Of a DNA stretch of 64,000 nucleotides, positions 27,886-39,300 are shown one piece after another. The first letter of the stretch is position 1; the number at the start of each line of letters is the position of its first letter. A program made the position numbers and the translations under genes. Under the pieces are notes generated by a model, which was not told the origin of the DNA, did not search any database, and saw nothing but the letters and a program-made list of their open reading frames with translations. Source of the DNA: Lama glama (lineage: Eukaryota); contig CM052816.1 of assembly GCA_028534125.1 (NCBI GenBank), forward strand, positions 45,944,001-46,008,000, given 5' to 3'.

Positions 27886-28666
27886 CAAATGGCCAGTAGG
27901 TAGGTGAAAAATGCACAGCACTGCTAATCACCAGGGAACCACAAACCAAAACCCGGAGATACTGCCTTAAATTTGTAAAAATGGCTATCATTAAAAAGAC
28001 AAAGGATAACAAGTATCACCTAGGATGTATAGAAAAGAGAACTCTTTTACACTGTTGGTAGGAATGTAATTGGTTCACCCACTATGGAAAACAGTATGAA
28101 ATTTCCTCCAAAATTAAAAATAAAACCAACTATGTTCCAGAAATATCCCAGATATCTGCACTCCCATGTTTAGCAGCATTATGCACAATAAACAAGATAT
28201 GGAAACAACCTAAGTATTTGTCAGTGAATGAATGGATAAAGAAGATGTAGAATATATATACATAGGACTAACACAGATGGGCCTTGATGGCGTACTATAT
28301 GACATCACTTATATGTGGAATCTAAAAAAGCTGAACTTATAAAAATAAAAAGTAGAATGGTGGTTACAGAGGATAGGGGGTGGGATAATTGGGAAGACAT
28401 TGGTCAAAGGATAAAGACAAATTTAGAAATTGAAAACGTTCTGGAGATCTAATGTACAACATCATGGTTATAGTCAACAATACTGTGTATATACTTCAAA
28501 ATTGCTAAGAGACTAGATTGTTCTCAACACAAAAGAGAAATAATTCAATATGACAGAGGTGTTAGCTAATGATGTAATCATACTGCAATATAGAAATGAA
28601 TCAATTCAACACATAGTACACCTTAAACTTACACAATATTATATGTCAATTATATCTCAATTAAAA
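27886..28666 (+). mobile_element. LINE-1 3' end (L1MA9-like), 5'-truncated with internal deletions
   Basis: ORF2 C-terminal remnant ('acactgttggtaggaatgtaattgg..actatggaaaacagtatg') and 3' end 'acaccttaaacttacacaatattatatgtcaattatatctcaat'. Confidence 0.88.
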
Positions 28667-28879
28667 TTACTCTGTTTCTATACTTAAATAGTATATTTAT
28701 TATTTTCTGATATGTCTTACCATCAGCCACTTAGTGACCATAAATCAGTGAAACTCTGAATTTCACAAATCATTTCTAGGATTTTATTGATCTTTTGTTT
28801 TATTAAGGGATAGGGGCTTAGTAAAAATATTCATATGAATGTAAGTCTTTCTGACCAAAATAACAAGAAGCTAACTTGG

Positions 28880-29580
28880 AAAATTTCACTTCCAATGATA
28901 GCAAAGTAGTTGACCCATACCAGTCTGTCTCAGAAAAACTGAATAACCTGGTCAAAATTTTTAAAAGATATCTTTTTGAAAGTATCAAAGAGCTTATAAA
29001 ATAATGAATAGTTAGTCTAAGATTTGGGAAAACTCAGATAATTTGCTGAAAATTGTTTTTGTTTTGGGGACATTTTCCCAACCTCAGAGAGCAGCTCAAA
29101 ACTAAGTTGTGCTTTTGATGGTCTCATGAATCTGGGAAGACAGAGATCAAAACCCAGATCCTGCTAAGGATGAAGACTCTGGCTCCAATTAAAACTGGTT
29201 TCATAAAGAACAGTGGCCTCAAGAAAGTGTGAATCAGAAGTAAATTCGATATTACAGGGACTTGAAGCCGCAATTTTATCATTTAGGGTCAGGGAAACCC
29301 CAAGTCCCTCTAGCAACTCGTAGGATCTAACACAGATAATCCCTGAAGAAAGTTATCATTATATCAGATACCAAATAATGTATTAACTAAAACCTCTATC
29401 ATATAGCTAAAGAGAATAAAGTAAGTACACAACATCAGAAACAACATACAATACTAAAAGAACTACAAAGACATGAGATTTTGAAACTATTAGACACAGA
29501 CAATAAAACTCCTCTTACTGTGATTTTAAAAAACAAAGGTAAGATTGAATAATTTGGCAGGAAACTAGAAACTAAATAAT
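28880..29580 (+). mobile_element. Old L1 5'/ORF1 region, left part (host of nested insertions)
   Basis: L1M-type 5' UTR and A-rich ORF1 start; appears to resume at ~31895. Confidence 0.5.
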
Positions 29581-29585
29581 GACAT

Positions 29586-30462
29586 GGGAGATACCAGTAC
29601 ACACCTAAAATGTCCAAAATCCAAAGCACTGACAATGCCAGATACTGGCGAGGATGTAGAGCAATAGGAACTCTCATTCACTGCTGGTTGGAGTGCAAAG
29701 TGGTATACAGCCACTTTGGAAGACAGTTTGGCAGCTTCTTAGAAAACTAGCCATATTCTTAATGTACAATCTAGCAATCACATTTCTTGGTATTTACCCA
29801 AAAGAATTGAAAACTTATATCCACACAAAAGCTTGTGCAGAGATGTTAAGAGCAGCTTTATTCATAATTGTCAAAACTTGGGAGCAACCAAGATGCCCTT
29901 CAGTAGGTGAATGGATGATAAACTGTAGTACATCCAAACAATGGAATATTATTACTCAACACTGAGAAGAAATGAGCTATCAAGCCATGAAAAGATATGG
30001 AGGAAACTTAAATGCATAGTACTAAGTGAAAGAACACTATCTAAAAAGGCTTCATACCATAAAATTTCAACTACCTGGAATTCTGGAAAATGCAACACTA
30101 TAGAGAAAGAAGATCAGCGGTTTCTGTGGGCTGAGGGGCAGGGGAGGGATGAATAGGCAGAGCACAAAGGATTTTTAGGACAGAGGAAATATGTGTAATA
30201 TATGATGATGGGTACATTTATCCAAACTCACGGAATGTACAACAGCAAGAGCAAATGCTAATGTAATTGATGGACTTTTTATAATAATGTGTCAATGCAG
30301 GTTAACCAGTTGTAACAAGTGTACCACTCTGGTGGAAGATAATTGATGATGGAGGAGGCTACGCACATGTAGGGGTAACAAGTATACTGGAAATCTCTGT
30401 AGCTTCCCCTCAATTTGCCTTGAACCTGAAACTTCTCTAAAAAATTAAAATCTTAATAAAAA
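29586..30462 (+). mobile_element. LINE-1 L1MC-like 3' end
   Basis: ORF 29693-29965 ([37 protein letters not shown]) is ORF2 C-terminus-like; 3' UTR is the same type as at 4060-4270. Confidence 0.9.
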
Positions 30463-30546
30463 CAAGTGATTTAAAAATAAAACGGCGATGAAGGGATTTG
30501 CACATACTAACTACTATATATAAAATAGATAAACAACAAGGTCCTA

Positions 30547-31356
30547 AAAGCAAGAATAAACAAATGGGACCTAATGAAACTTAAAACAAGCTTCTGCACA
30601 GCAAAGGAAACCATAAGCAAAACAAAAAGACAACTTACGGAATGGGAAAAAATTTTTGCAAATGAAACCGACAAAGGCTTGATCTCCAGAATATATAAGC
30701 AGCTCACACGACTTAATAAGAAAAAAATAAACAACCCAATCCAAAAATGGACAGAAGACCTAAACAAGCAATTCTCCAAGGAAGACATACAAATGATCAA
30801 TAGGCACATGAAAAAATGCTCAGTATCACTAATTATCAGAGAAATGCAAATCAAAACTACAATGAGGTATCACCTCACACCAGTCAGAATGGCCATCATT
30901 CAAAAATCTACAAATGACAAATGCTGGAGAGGCTGTGGAGAAAGGGGAACCCTCCTACACTGCTGGTGGGAATGCACTTTGGTGCAGCCACTGTGGAAAA
31001 CAGTATGGAGATTCCTCAAAAGACTAGGAATAGACTTACTGTATGACCCAGGAATCCTGCTCCTGGGCATATATCCAGAAGGAACCCTACTTCAGGATGA
31101 CATGTGCACCCCAATGTTCATAGCAACACTATTTACAATAGCCAAGACATGGAGACAGCCTAAATGTCCATCAACAGATGACTGGATAAAGAAGAGGTGG
31201 TATATTTATACAACGGAATACTATTCAGCCATAAAAACCGACAACATAACGCCATTTGCAGCAACATGGATGCTCCTGGAGAATGTCATTCTAAGTGAAG
31301 TAAGCCAGAAAGAGAAAGAAAAATACCGTATGAGGTCGTTCATATGTGGACTTTAA
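30547..31356 (+). pseudogene. L1 ORF2p C-terminal fragment (Cys-rich domain); no endonuclease or RT domain
   Basis: Frame open from the insertion junction ([13 protein letters not shown]...SFCTAKET) to the stop; CCHC-type motif [18 protein letters not shown]; 260-aa ORF at 30574-31356. Confidence 0.92.
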
Positions 31357-31673
31357 AACAAAAACAAACCAACCATAAATACAAAACAGAAACAGACTCA
31401 TAGACATAGAATACAAACTTGTGGTTTCCAAGGGGGCAGAGGGTGGGAAGGGATAGACGGGATTTCAAAACTGTAGAACAGATAAACAAGATTGTACTGT
31501 ATAGCACAGGGAAATATACAGAAGATCTTACAGTAGCTCACAGAGAAAAAAATGTGACAATGAATATATATATATATTCAGGTATAACTGAAAAGTTGTG
31601 CTCTATACTGGAATTTGACACAACATTGTAAAATGATTATAAATCAATAAAAAATGTTAAAAAACAAAAAACA
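30547..31673 (+). mobile_element. Young 5'-truncated LINE-1 with 16-bp TSD
   Basis: Perfect TSD AAACAACAAGGTCCTA at 30531-30546 and 31674-31689; open ORF2 3' end, 3' UTR, AATAAA and A-rich tail. Confidence 0.95.
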
Positions 31674-31894
31674 AAACAACAAGGTCCTACTATATGGTGC
31701 AGGGCACTATATTCAATACCTTGTAATAGTCTAATGAAAAAGAATATGAAAAGGAATATATGTATATATGTGTCTGTGTATATATATACATATATATATA
31801 TAACATATATATCTGAACTACTATGCTGTACACCAGAAATTAACATAACATTGTAGACTGAGTATACTTCAGTTAAAAAAAGAAAACAAAAATT

Positions 31895-32820
31895 ATACAA
31901 TTAAAACTGGTAAAATAAGAATTCAGAACGTGAATTTAAGAGAAAATTAAATACAGATGAAGAAATATTAGTTAACTGGAAATAGATCAGAATAAACTTC
32001 AGAAAGTATAGTACAATATAAAGATGAAAACTACAGATAAGGGATATAAGCAGCTTACAAGATTAAGAGACAAAATCTAGTATCTATTTGAGTCTCAGAA
32101 AGGGAGAAGGGAATGAGTGGAGTAGAAATATCTGGTGAGAAAATAGCTGAAAATACTTTAGAACAGATGAAAGACACCTATTCTTGTGTTTTTAAAAGCC
32201 CAATGAATCATAAGGGGGAGAATTTTTTTTTTTTTGGTTTCCTCTTAGACACATAGTGACATCCCAGAAAACCAGAGACAAATTTTAAGGCAGTTAGAGG
32301 ACATTAGCATTAAAGAAACAATGGTTACAACAAGAACTTCATTCTTGAGTCCAGCAATGGAAACCAGAAGATAAAGGAAAGATGTTTATAATGTACTAGA
32401 GAAAAAAAAACAGTTTCAAAACTAGAATTTTATATCCAATGATATAAGCATCCTTCAAAAATGACCACAAAATGGCATTTTCAAGTGGCCAAAAAGTATA
32501 AATCACTATCGGGTTACATTAAGGAAAATCCTCAAGGATATATTTTAGGCAAAAGGGAAAGAACCTCAGATAAGCGATCAGAGATTTGAGTTAAGCTGAA
32601 TGAATATTGGCTGATTAAGACAACAATAATAATTATCTTTTATGGGTTTAATACTTTCCTGATTTAATATTATTAACATACCTGACAGCAGTAACATATA
32701 AGTTAGGAGTTAGATAAATGGATTTAAGATGTTCTAAAATCCTTATGTTATCCTAGATAACAGTTAAGGTATTGAAAAATAATAAATTTTTGTGTTAAGA
32801 CTGCTTGTTTAAATTTAGGA
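31895..32820 (+). mobile_element. Old L1 ORF1 region, right part
   Basis: ORF1-like decayed motifs ('gaaaatagctgaaaatactttagaacagatgaaagacacc', 'actagaattttatatccaatg'). Confidence 0.6.
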
Positions 32821-32829
32821 CATGAGCAT

Positions 32830-33324
32830 TGCCACAGATGGTATTGTTGCCCTAAGCTGTGATCCACTTACCCACTTCAGTGTGCCTGTTGCTGTAGCAA
32901 ACTGTCCAGTGTGCATGCTGACAATGTAGTAGCACAGGTGTCTACACCTCTCCTCCTCTCTCCCTGAAGTAACTCTATGGCTCTCTGAAACTTACCCTAC
33001 CACAGTAGACACAGTATACTTTGTGCCGAAAAGTTAACTACTCCAGAAGTGTCCTACAAACAATGGGGATAGAATCTGGTGGCAGTCCTCTAGTGGGATG
33101 ATCCTGTGGAATGTTCCACAGGTTCTCAGAGCATTCACAGTAGGATCAACCCCAGGTTACCCATAGCAGTGCCTCACTCATTCACCCACCCTTTACTGGC
33201 ATCTCTCCCTTCTGTGTCTCATATCCCTCATACTCCTTGTTCTTCCTGGGTTTTCTCCGAACCAACTTCTGGCATGTAAGTTCTTATCTCAGGGTCTGAT
33301 TTTAGGGAAGCCCTATCTGAGACA
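32830..33324 (+). mobile_element. ERVL 5' LTR (LTR16/LTR33-like)
   Basis: ~500 bp ending 'tctcagggtctgattttagggaagccctatctgagaca', directly followed by ERVL internal-like sequence. Confidence 0.75.
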
Positions 33325-34145
33325 ATTGGCCAGATTTGGCTCTAGAAAGAGAGACCTTTATGACAGGATTCGAATTCCGAATTCCTTGGCCATCAAATGA
33401 TAAAGATCTAGTTGCTGATTATACATAGGTTGTGGGAAATCTTTTGTGTATTGTATTATCACAGTTTATTAGACTACCACTGTGGTGGACTGGGATGAGT
33501 TATAGGTTGGCAGAGGGAGAATGCTGGTTTTTGAAATAGTTCCTGCACCTAAATAATAAAGGGGCCATGACAGTTGTAATGTCGAGTTAGCTGGCTTTTC
33601 AACTGACCTGGTGGCCTTGAAGAAAGATACAGTTAGACTTAGACAACTGTTACATCCAGAAGGCTTCCACAGAAGTATTTAGAGAAATCCTTATCTCCTG
33701 TATCCAGATGGCAGAATATACTGTAAATCAGGCCCCCTGTTATAAGGCACAAAAGAGACGCAGTGCACTTCTAGCATGGATCTTTCACTAAAGTCAGGGT
33801 CTTGACAGGGAAGGAGCAGGACTTAGGACCTGACAGGGAAGGAGTAAGGGATATGTTTGAAAACCTTAAACTCCTAGATATCCCTGGATCCTCCAGGCCA
33901 GCAGAAGCAGTCCTTTCCTTTGCTAGAGACTAGCCTCATTTTGCACTTAACTGTCAGAGGCAAGATGGACGTAATTACGCTACTGAGCAATGAGGCTAGA
34001 ATGACTTTGATCTACACAGTTCTATGTCTAATAGACCATGGGGTTCCTAGAGGCTAGATAGATAGGCAGCCAACAAAGTTACTTCCTAGCTAATCAAAAT
34101 GACCGTGATCACGAGGAAAAGGCTAATGTTACTCACTACTGTAGA
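33325..34145 (+). mobile_element. ERVL internal region remnant (ERV3-16A3-int-like)
   Basis: PBS-like 'attggccagatttggctctagaaagagagacc' after the LTR; decayed gag-like motifs ('aaagtcagggtcttgacagggaaggag'). Confidence 0.6.
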
Positions 34146-34159
34146 AGCCTTTTTAACCA

Positions 34160-34437
34160 GCCCATTAAAATAGCAACCTCTTCTTATGTTAAAATAGACT
34201 GCCTTGCTACTCTCTATTACCTTACCCAGTTCTGTTATCTATCTTCACACTTAGCACTTTAGAATGTCATAGTTTTCCCTATTTATTGTTTCATTTTAAT
34301 TATCTACCTCCCCCACTAGAACGCAAATTTCACAGGGACATTTGGGGAGGGGGTGTCTATTTTGTGTATTGATGTATCCCAAGCTTCAGAGCAATGACTT
34401 CCCCGTAGTAGGGGCTCAATGAACTTTAATGAATAAA
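34160..34437 (+). mobile_element. L2 3' end
   Basis: 'ctccccactagaacgcaaatttcacagggaca...tgtatcccaagc...tagtaggggctcaat'. Confidence 0.75.
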
Positions 34438-37400
34438 CTCGTTTTCTTTGCTACCATAGAGATTTTTTTTTTCGGTGTTAAACCATGCATGCAGTACAAT
34501 TGGTCAGTATCAATGAGTGATTTAGAAAAAAAAAAAACTCCCATGAATCTTGTGGCACCACAAAGATATTTTCATTCCTTTGTATGAAGTACAAGTATTC
34601 TCAGAAGGCATTCCTGGCAGGCTTGGTGTACAAAGAATAAACACTTTATCTAGGTAATTGGTTTATACTTGTCTTGTGGGCTGGTACTTGGGTTTTGCTC
34701 TTCTGAAGCAATTTTTTTCTCTTTATTATATCCTCTGGGATGTGATTCATCCCACTCTGTTTTATTTTGTCATTGTAATATCCAAAAATTCTTTAAGGAA
34801 AAAAGGGATATATTTATAAAAATTAATTATCTTTCAAAAACATTTTTCAGTAAAACTAGAGTTTGGAAGGGGTTAATATACTATCCAACATACCTAACAT
34901 AATCGGAGAGAGGTATACGTATACTCCGAAGACTCGAGTAATGATGCCATTAACCTTTCCTAGCCTAGCTCTGTAAGACACTTCACCATTGGTTCAAGTG
35001 ACTCTCTTTCTTTCCATTGCAACTAACTGGAATTTTTATTAAGTGTCATTAATCAAAGGTGAAAAATTCTCTGAGCAGGAAAATTGTCAGTGAAACTGGC
35101 TGCTGTATTTGGAAAAAATAAATAAAAGGGTTTGATAATTATGTATTAACTCAAGCAGTAATAATCTTTTCAAATCATCATAGGTTGCAGCTACTCTTTG
35201 ATTTTAGGGGTCTAATTTTGGGGAAGACCTATTAATCTTTTTTCCATTTCTTTGCCTTTCTTATTCAGTAATTGAACTGTTCAGGTGTTATTGATTAATG
35301 TAGCTTTCTTAAATGACAGGTTGGTATGGCAGCCAAAGTTATTCTCTATGCTTTTCTTACTTCTGAAATGACTCATGAGATATTCCAGAATGTGGGGAAA
35401 GTATAAGGATTTTAAGTTTTCTTATAAAAACAGATAGACTTAGGCACCACTAAACTGGGTAAAACCAGATTTTCTTTAGATCACTGGTGTTGGCGCTAAT
35501 TGAAATCAAGTTTAGTTTGTATCCAGAGTAAGAACTAGACTTACAAACATATACTGGGTAGGAGGGGTGGATAGTAATGGAACTTAGGAAGAGTTTTTAA
35601 TAATATGCTCCCATAAGCTTGTCACTGAAGTGACTACAGGAAGAAATTCTGTTCCAGATGTAGCATATTGAATCTTATGCTGCAACAAGTAGATGAATAA
35701 GGCTCGTCATATTTTTAATAGGCTCACATCACACAGAAAAAAAGAAAATACAGTCTCGAGGACTAGGGAAAAACAAGATCAGTAGAAAGTAGGTATTTAG
35801 AAAGGTAGACCCTGTAGGATTATATCATAGCCTAAAACTGCCACTATCATTTGTTTTGTGGAATAAACATCTGTGCTTTGCAATATAATTGGGGAATACA
35901 AGTGCGGTATGAGTTCTGTTTAGTTTGCAACTATGGTTGTTTCTTCCCGACAATGTTTGTGTTAATTTCCCCTTGTGGATGGGCTGCAGGGTCTCTAATC
36001 CTCGTAGTGTGCAAGTGAATTTGTGCTGTGCTTCTCTCATGCACACCTGCAAGAAATTTTAATAGCTTTAAAAACTGAAGATGTTTTCCTAACTCCCTGT
36101 TGCATAACAGTCCTGACTACCTGAGGTATCATCACAAAAGATAATTTAATAATAGCTGTGATGATGTAGGCACCTGAAATTCCATCTGGCAATATACATT
36201 TTCATGTGATACACACAGACACACACACAGACACAGAAGGCAGGGGTGATTTTTACAAACTTGGCTAATGCTGCATACTCTTGCTTGGACATCCAAAGGA
36301 AGATTTTAACAGTAGTTATAACAGTGAATCCATTGCAGGTTGGTGAATGCTTTGACAAATTATGTCCTGTTTCATACCACCACCCCCAATTTTTCCCTTG
36401 ATGTTTGAATTTAGTTTGCAATTATACTGTATAAATATAGAATGGGAAAAATAATCTGCGTCACTAGTTATGGTCTTGTTGGAGCTATGAATTTTAGAAA
36501 GCAAAAATAAATGATATTTTTCCTAAAACATGCAACAGATTTTAAATATTTTCCAAGGTTTCAAAATTATTCATCTACTACACCTTAAAAAACGGATTTC
36601 TACTTTTTAGGGAGGGTAATAATTCTAAACAGGTCTAAAGTATTTTTCCTGGAGGGATCAGTAACTGTTGAATGAATAAGTGAATGATTGTATACATATA
36701 TAAATGAATGAACTAGACAAATATGTAAATTCATTAAGACAAAAATTTTGGTTTATTCATTTATATATATTTTCAATTTGATCTATCCTGGCCACGAGTC
36801 AAACTTTCTAAGTGGGTGATGTTTCTTGATTTTGGGGCTTCACTATAGACTGTACTTGCCACTAACCACATATTGTGAAATTTGGATATATGAAAGTTAA
36901 AAGAATAGTGTGTGTACTGTGGCTCTGAACTGTCTACTTTCTATCTGCTTTCTGATAAATGTTGCCCTTTCAGTGCCACTGAATTTGCAGTAGAAGACAC
37001 CTTAGATTTTCCTATTATTAGAAATTATTTCTGGATTTAGCTGGATCTCCTTGTAGCTGATAGGATTTCTGGTGTGTGTGCAGGAGAAAGGTGAGGGGAG
37101 CAGAGGTTAAGTCTTGTCTAGAGAAGAGTGTCTGTGAAGAGTTTTCTATAGTCTGTGCTTAGTTTCCTGGTTGGATGCTCCCAGCTCACCTCTAGATGCT
37201 TAGTTTTCTTTCATATTTGATGTGTATTAAACTATTTTAACTCTTACTACTGTAATATATTGCTTCATCCAGCACATTAAGCTTCAGCTAAGGCAAAAAA
37301 ACCCAAAAGCTATTTTAAACTAAGATGGTTTGGCTGCCGTTGTAGCCTTACCTGAGGACTTGTCTGGTCTCTGGGTTTTCTTCAAAACGTGTGAGGAATG

Positions 37401-37879
37401 TTTTAAAAATCAGGCCTAAAACTTTGATCCAGTTGAGCTAGGCATCAAAAAGGATATATTATCAGCCTGTTTCTTTAAAGAAATAATACTAGTGAGGCAG
37501 CAAACCTCAAAAGCTATCTTGAAATGTTAAAATTTTCCATTGAGGAGAGTTTAAAAAGCCAAATGAATACCTCAGAAAACATCCACAAACTGATTTGAAT
37601 TTTTTTAAGTTCCAAAATATTGGTTACAATTTGATTGGGTTTTTATATTTGCTCAGTTCTTTTTTTTTTTTTTAACTTGAGATTTTACCCATTTTACTGA
37701 AACACTAGCTTTTAATCAAGGAAAGAATAAAGGGCATGAAATACAATTTATGGTGTATCTTTTTCACATGTATAGTTTTTCAGCAAACAAAATAATCTCT
37801 AAAATATAATAGGATAGAATAGGTTCTACTTTAATAATATAAACATAATACAATTTTTTTTGCACAATAAAATAATTCT

Positions 37880-38370
37880 GTGTCAGATAAGAAAGGGTTC
37901 ACCTACAAGTAACAGAAAAAAACACTAACAGTGGCCTAGGCAGTAATGGCATTTAATTACTGTAAATAAGAGGAGGTGTGGCAGTGGGAACAGAGAGTTT
38001 GTGCAGCATTCCTCCCATGCCAAAATAATCTGCTGCTGCTTCTATTCTTGCACTCTATCATGCTTGTCACGCCATTGCAAAAGGACCATTGAACTCCAGT
38101 GGCAATCAGACTGAAGAAGGGGGAGCACTAATAGTGCCAGTCATTTTTTTTTTTTTTCAGAAGAGCAAAGTTTTCCCAGGTATACTTCAGATTAGATCTC
38201 TTTGGCCAGACATGTATCACATGGCCACCTCTAGCTGCAAGGGAAGCTGGAATTTTAAGTATTTAGATTTTGTGAGACAGTGAAAAAGCATGTATTCAGT
38301 ATTTTCAACATCTATGGTAGGAGTCAGCAAGAAAATAAAGGATGGAGTATTATGTCAGCAGTACCTATCA
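37880..38370 (-). mobile_element. MaLR solo LTR (MLT1K/L-like)
   Basis: 'caagtaacagaaaa..cactaacagtggc' and 'ttggccagacatgtatcacatggccacctctagctgcaagggaagctgg'. Confidence 0.75.
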
Positions 38371-39119
38371 TGATTTCCAAGCTCTATCTTATGTCCAATT
38401 GAATTTCAGTAATTTGACAGCAAAATGAATTGTGGGAAAACAAAGGAACAGGGACATCTTTTAAACATTTATTGTAGAGGATCTTACTAAGAGATAAATG
38501 CCAGTATCTAGTAGGGCTAAGAGATACTGTAATTTTACACAAAAAGTGTCACAGACTACTTTAGAAAAATGAACTTCAGTTGTATCAAGTCTGCTTTTAA
38601 AAATTAGGATGAAATTAGTTCAAAAACCCTTTAAAGTCAGTCATGTCAGCATACTAGTCTGATGATTAGAAAAGGATTTTTTGTGTGAGCATTTAGTTAA
38701 ATGAGCACTAGTATCACTACTAAAATGAGTATTCATAACCACTACTTGTTTTATTCTACAGCAGCAACAAAATGGCAGAGACGACAGCTGCCACATCATA
38801 CACATACACATGCCTTCCTACACAAACCATGCTTTGTACATCAGATGCAGCATAAATACCATGGCATGTGGCAGTTGCTATGGTGACAAGTTTTTTTTTT
38901 TAATGAAGAGCAGATGGAATAGGCATGTAAAACTTGCATAAGTTGTTAGTAATCTGTGAGTTACTGTGGACTAGTTGATGAAAGAAACTTTAAAATTCTA
39001 GCTTTTCTAATTCTTCCACATATAGCATGTTCAACTGCCACTTGTTTTTTCTTCAGTGCATTTTGGTATCCAAATGGCAGTGGAAAATTTATAAATTGTT
39101 TCCTCTGTACCACAGACAT

Positions 39120-39300
39120 TTTATTTTTATATATATATATAAAATATAAAATATATGTGTGTGTGTGTATATATAATGTGTATATAATAATTTATATATA
39201 TTTATATAAAGTTTATTTATTTCTGTCATGGCTTTGCCAAATAAATTTTTGTGCAGCCATTAACTCTTTCAGTGTATGTGTATATGTATATATATATTTT
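39120..39300. repeat. (TA)n/(TG)n low-complexity tract
   Basis: Interrupted TA and TG dinucleotide runs. Confidence 0.8.

Larger units (their letters stand above)
30487..31885 (+). mobile_element. Older cetartiodactyl-type L1 3' UTR fragment, split by a younger L1
   Basis: 'actatatataaaatagataaacaacaaggtccta' (ending 30546) continues at 31690 as 'ctatatggtgcagggcactatattcaatacc...gctgtacaccagaaattaacataacattgtagactgagtatacttca' plus A tail. Confidence 0.85.

Noticed and set aside
30507..30854. 115-aa hydrophobic minus-strand ORF
   Set aside because: Antisense shadow of L1 ORF2.
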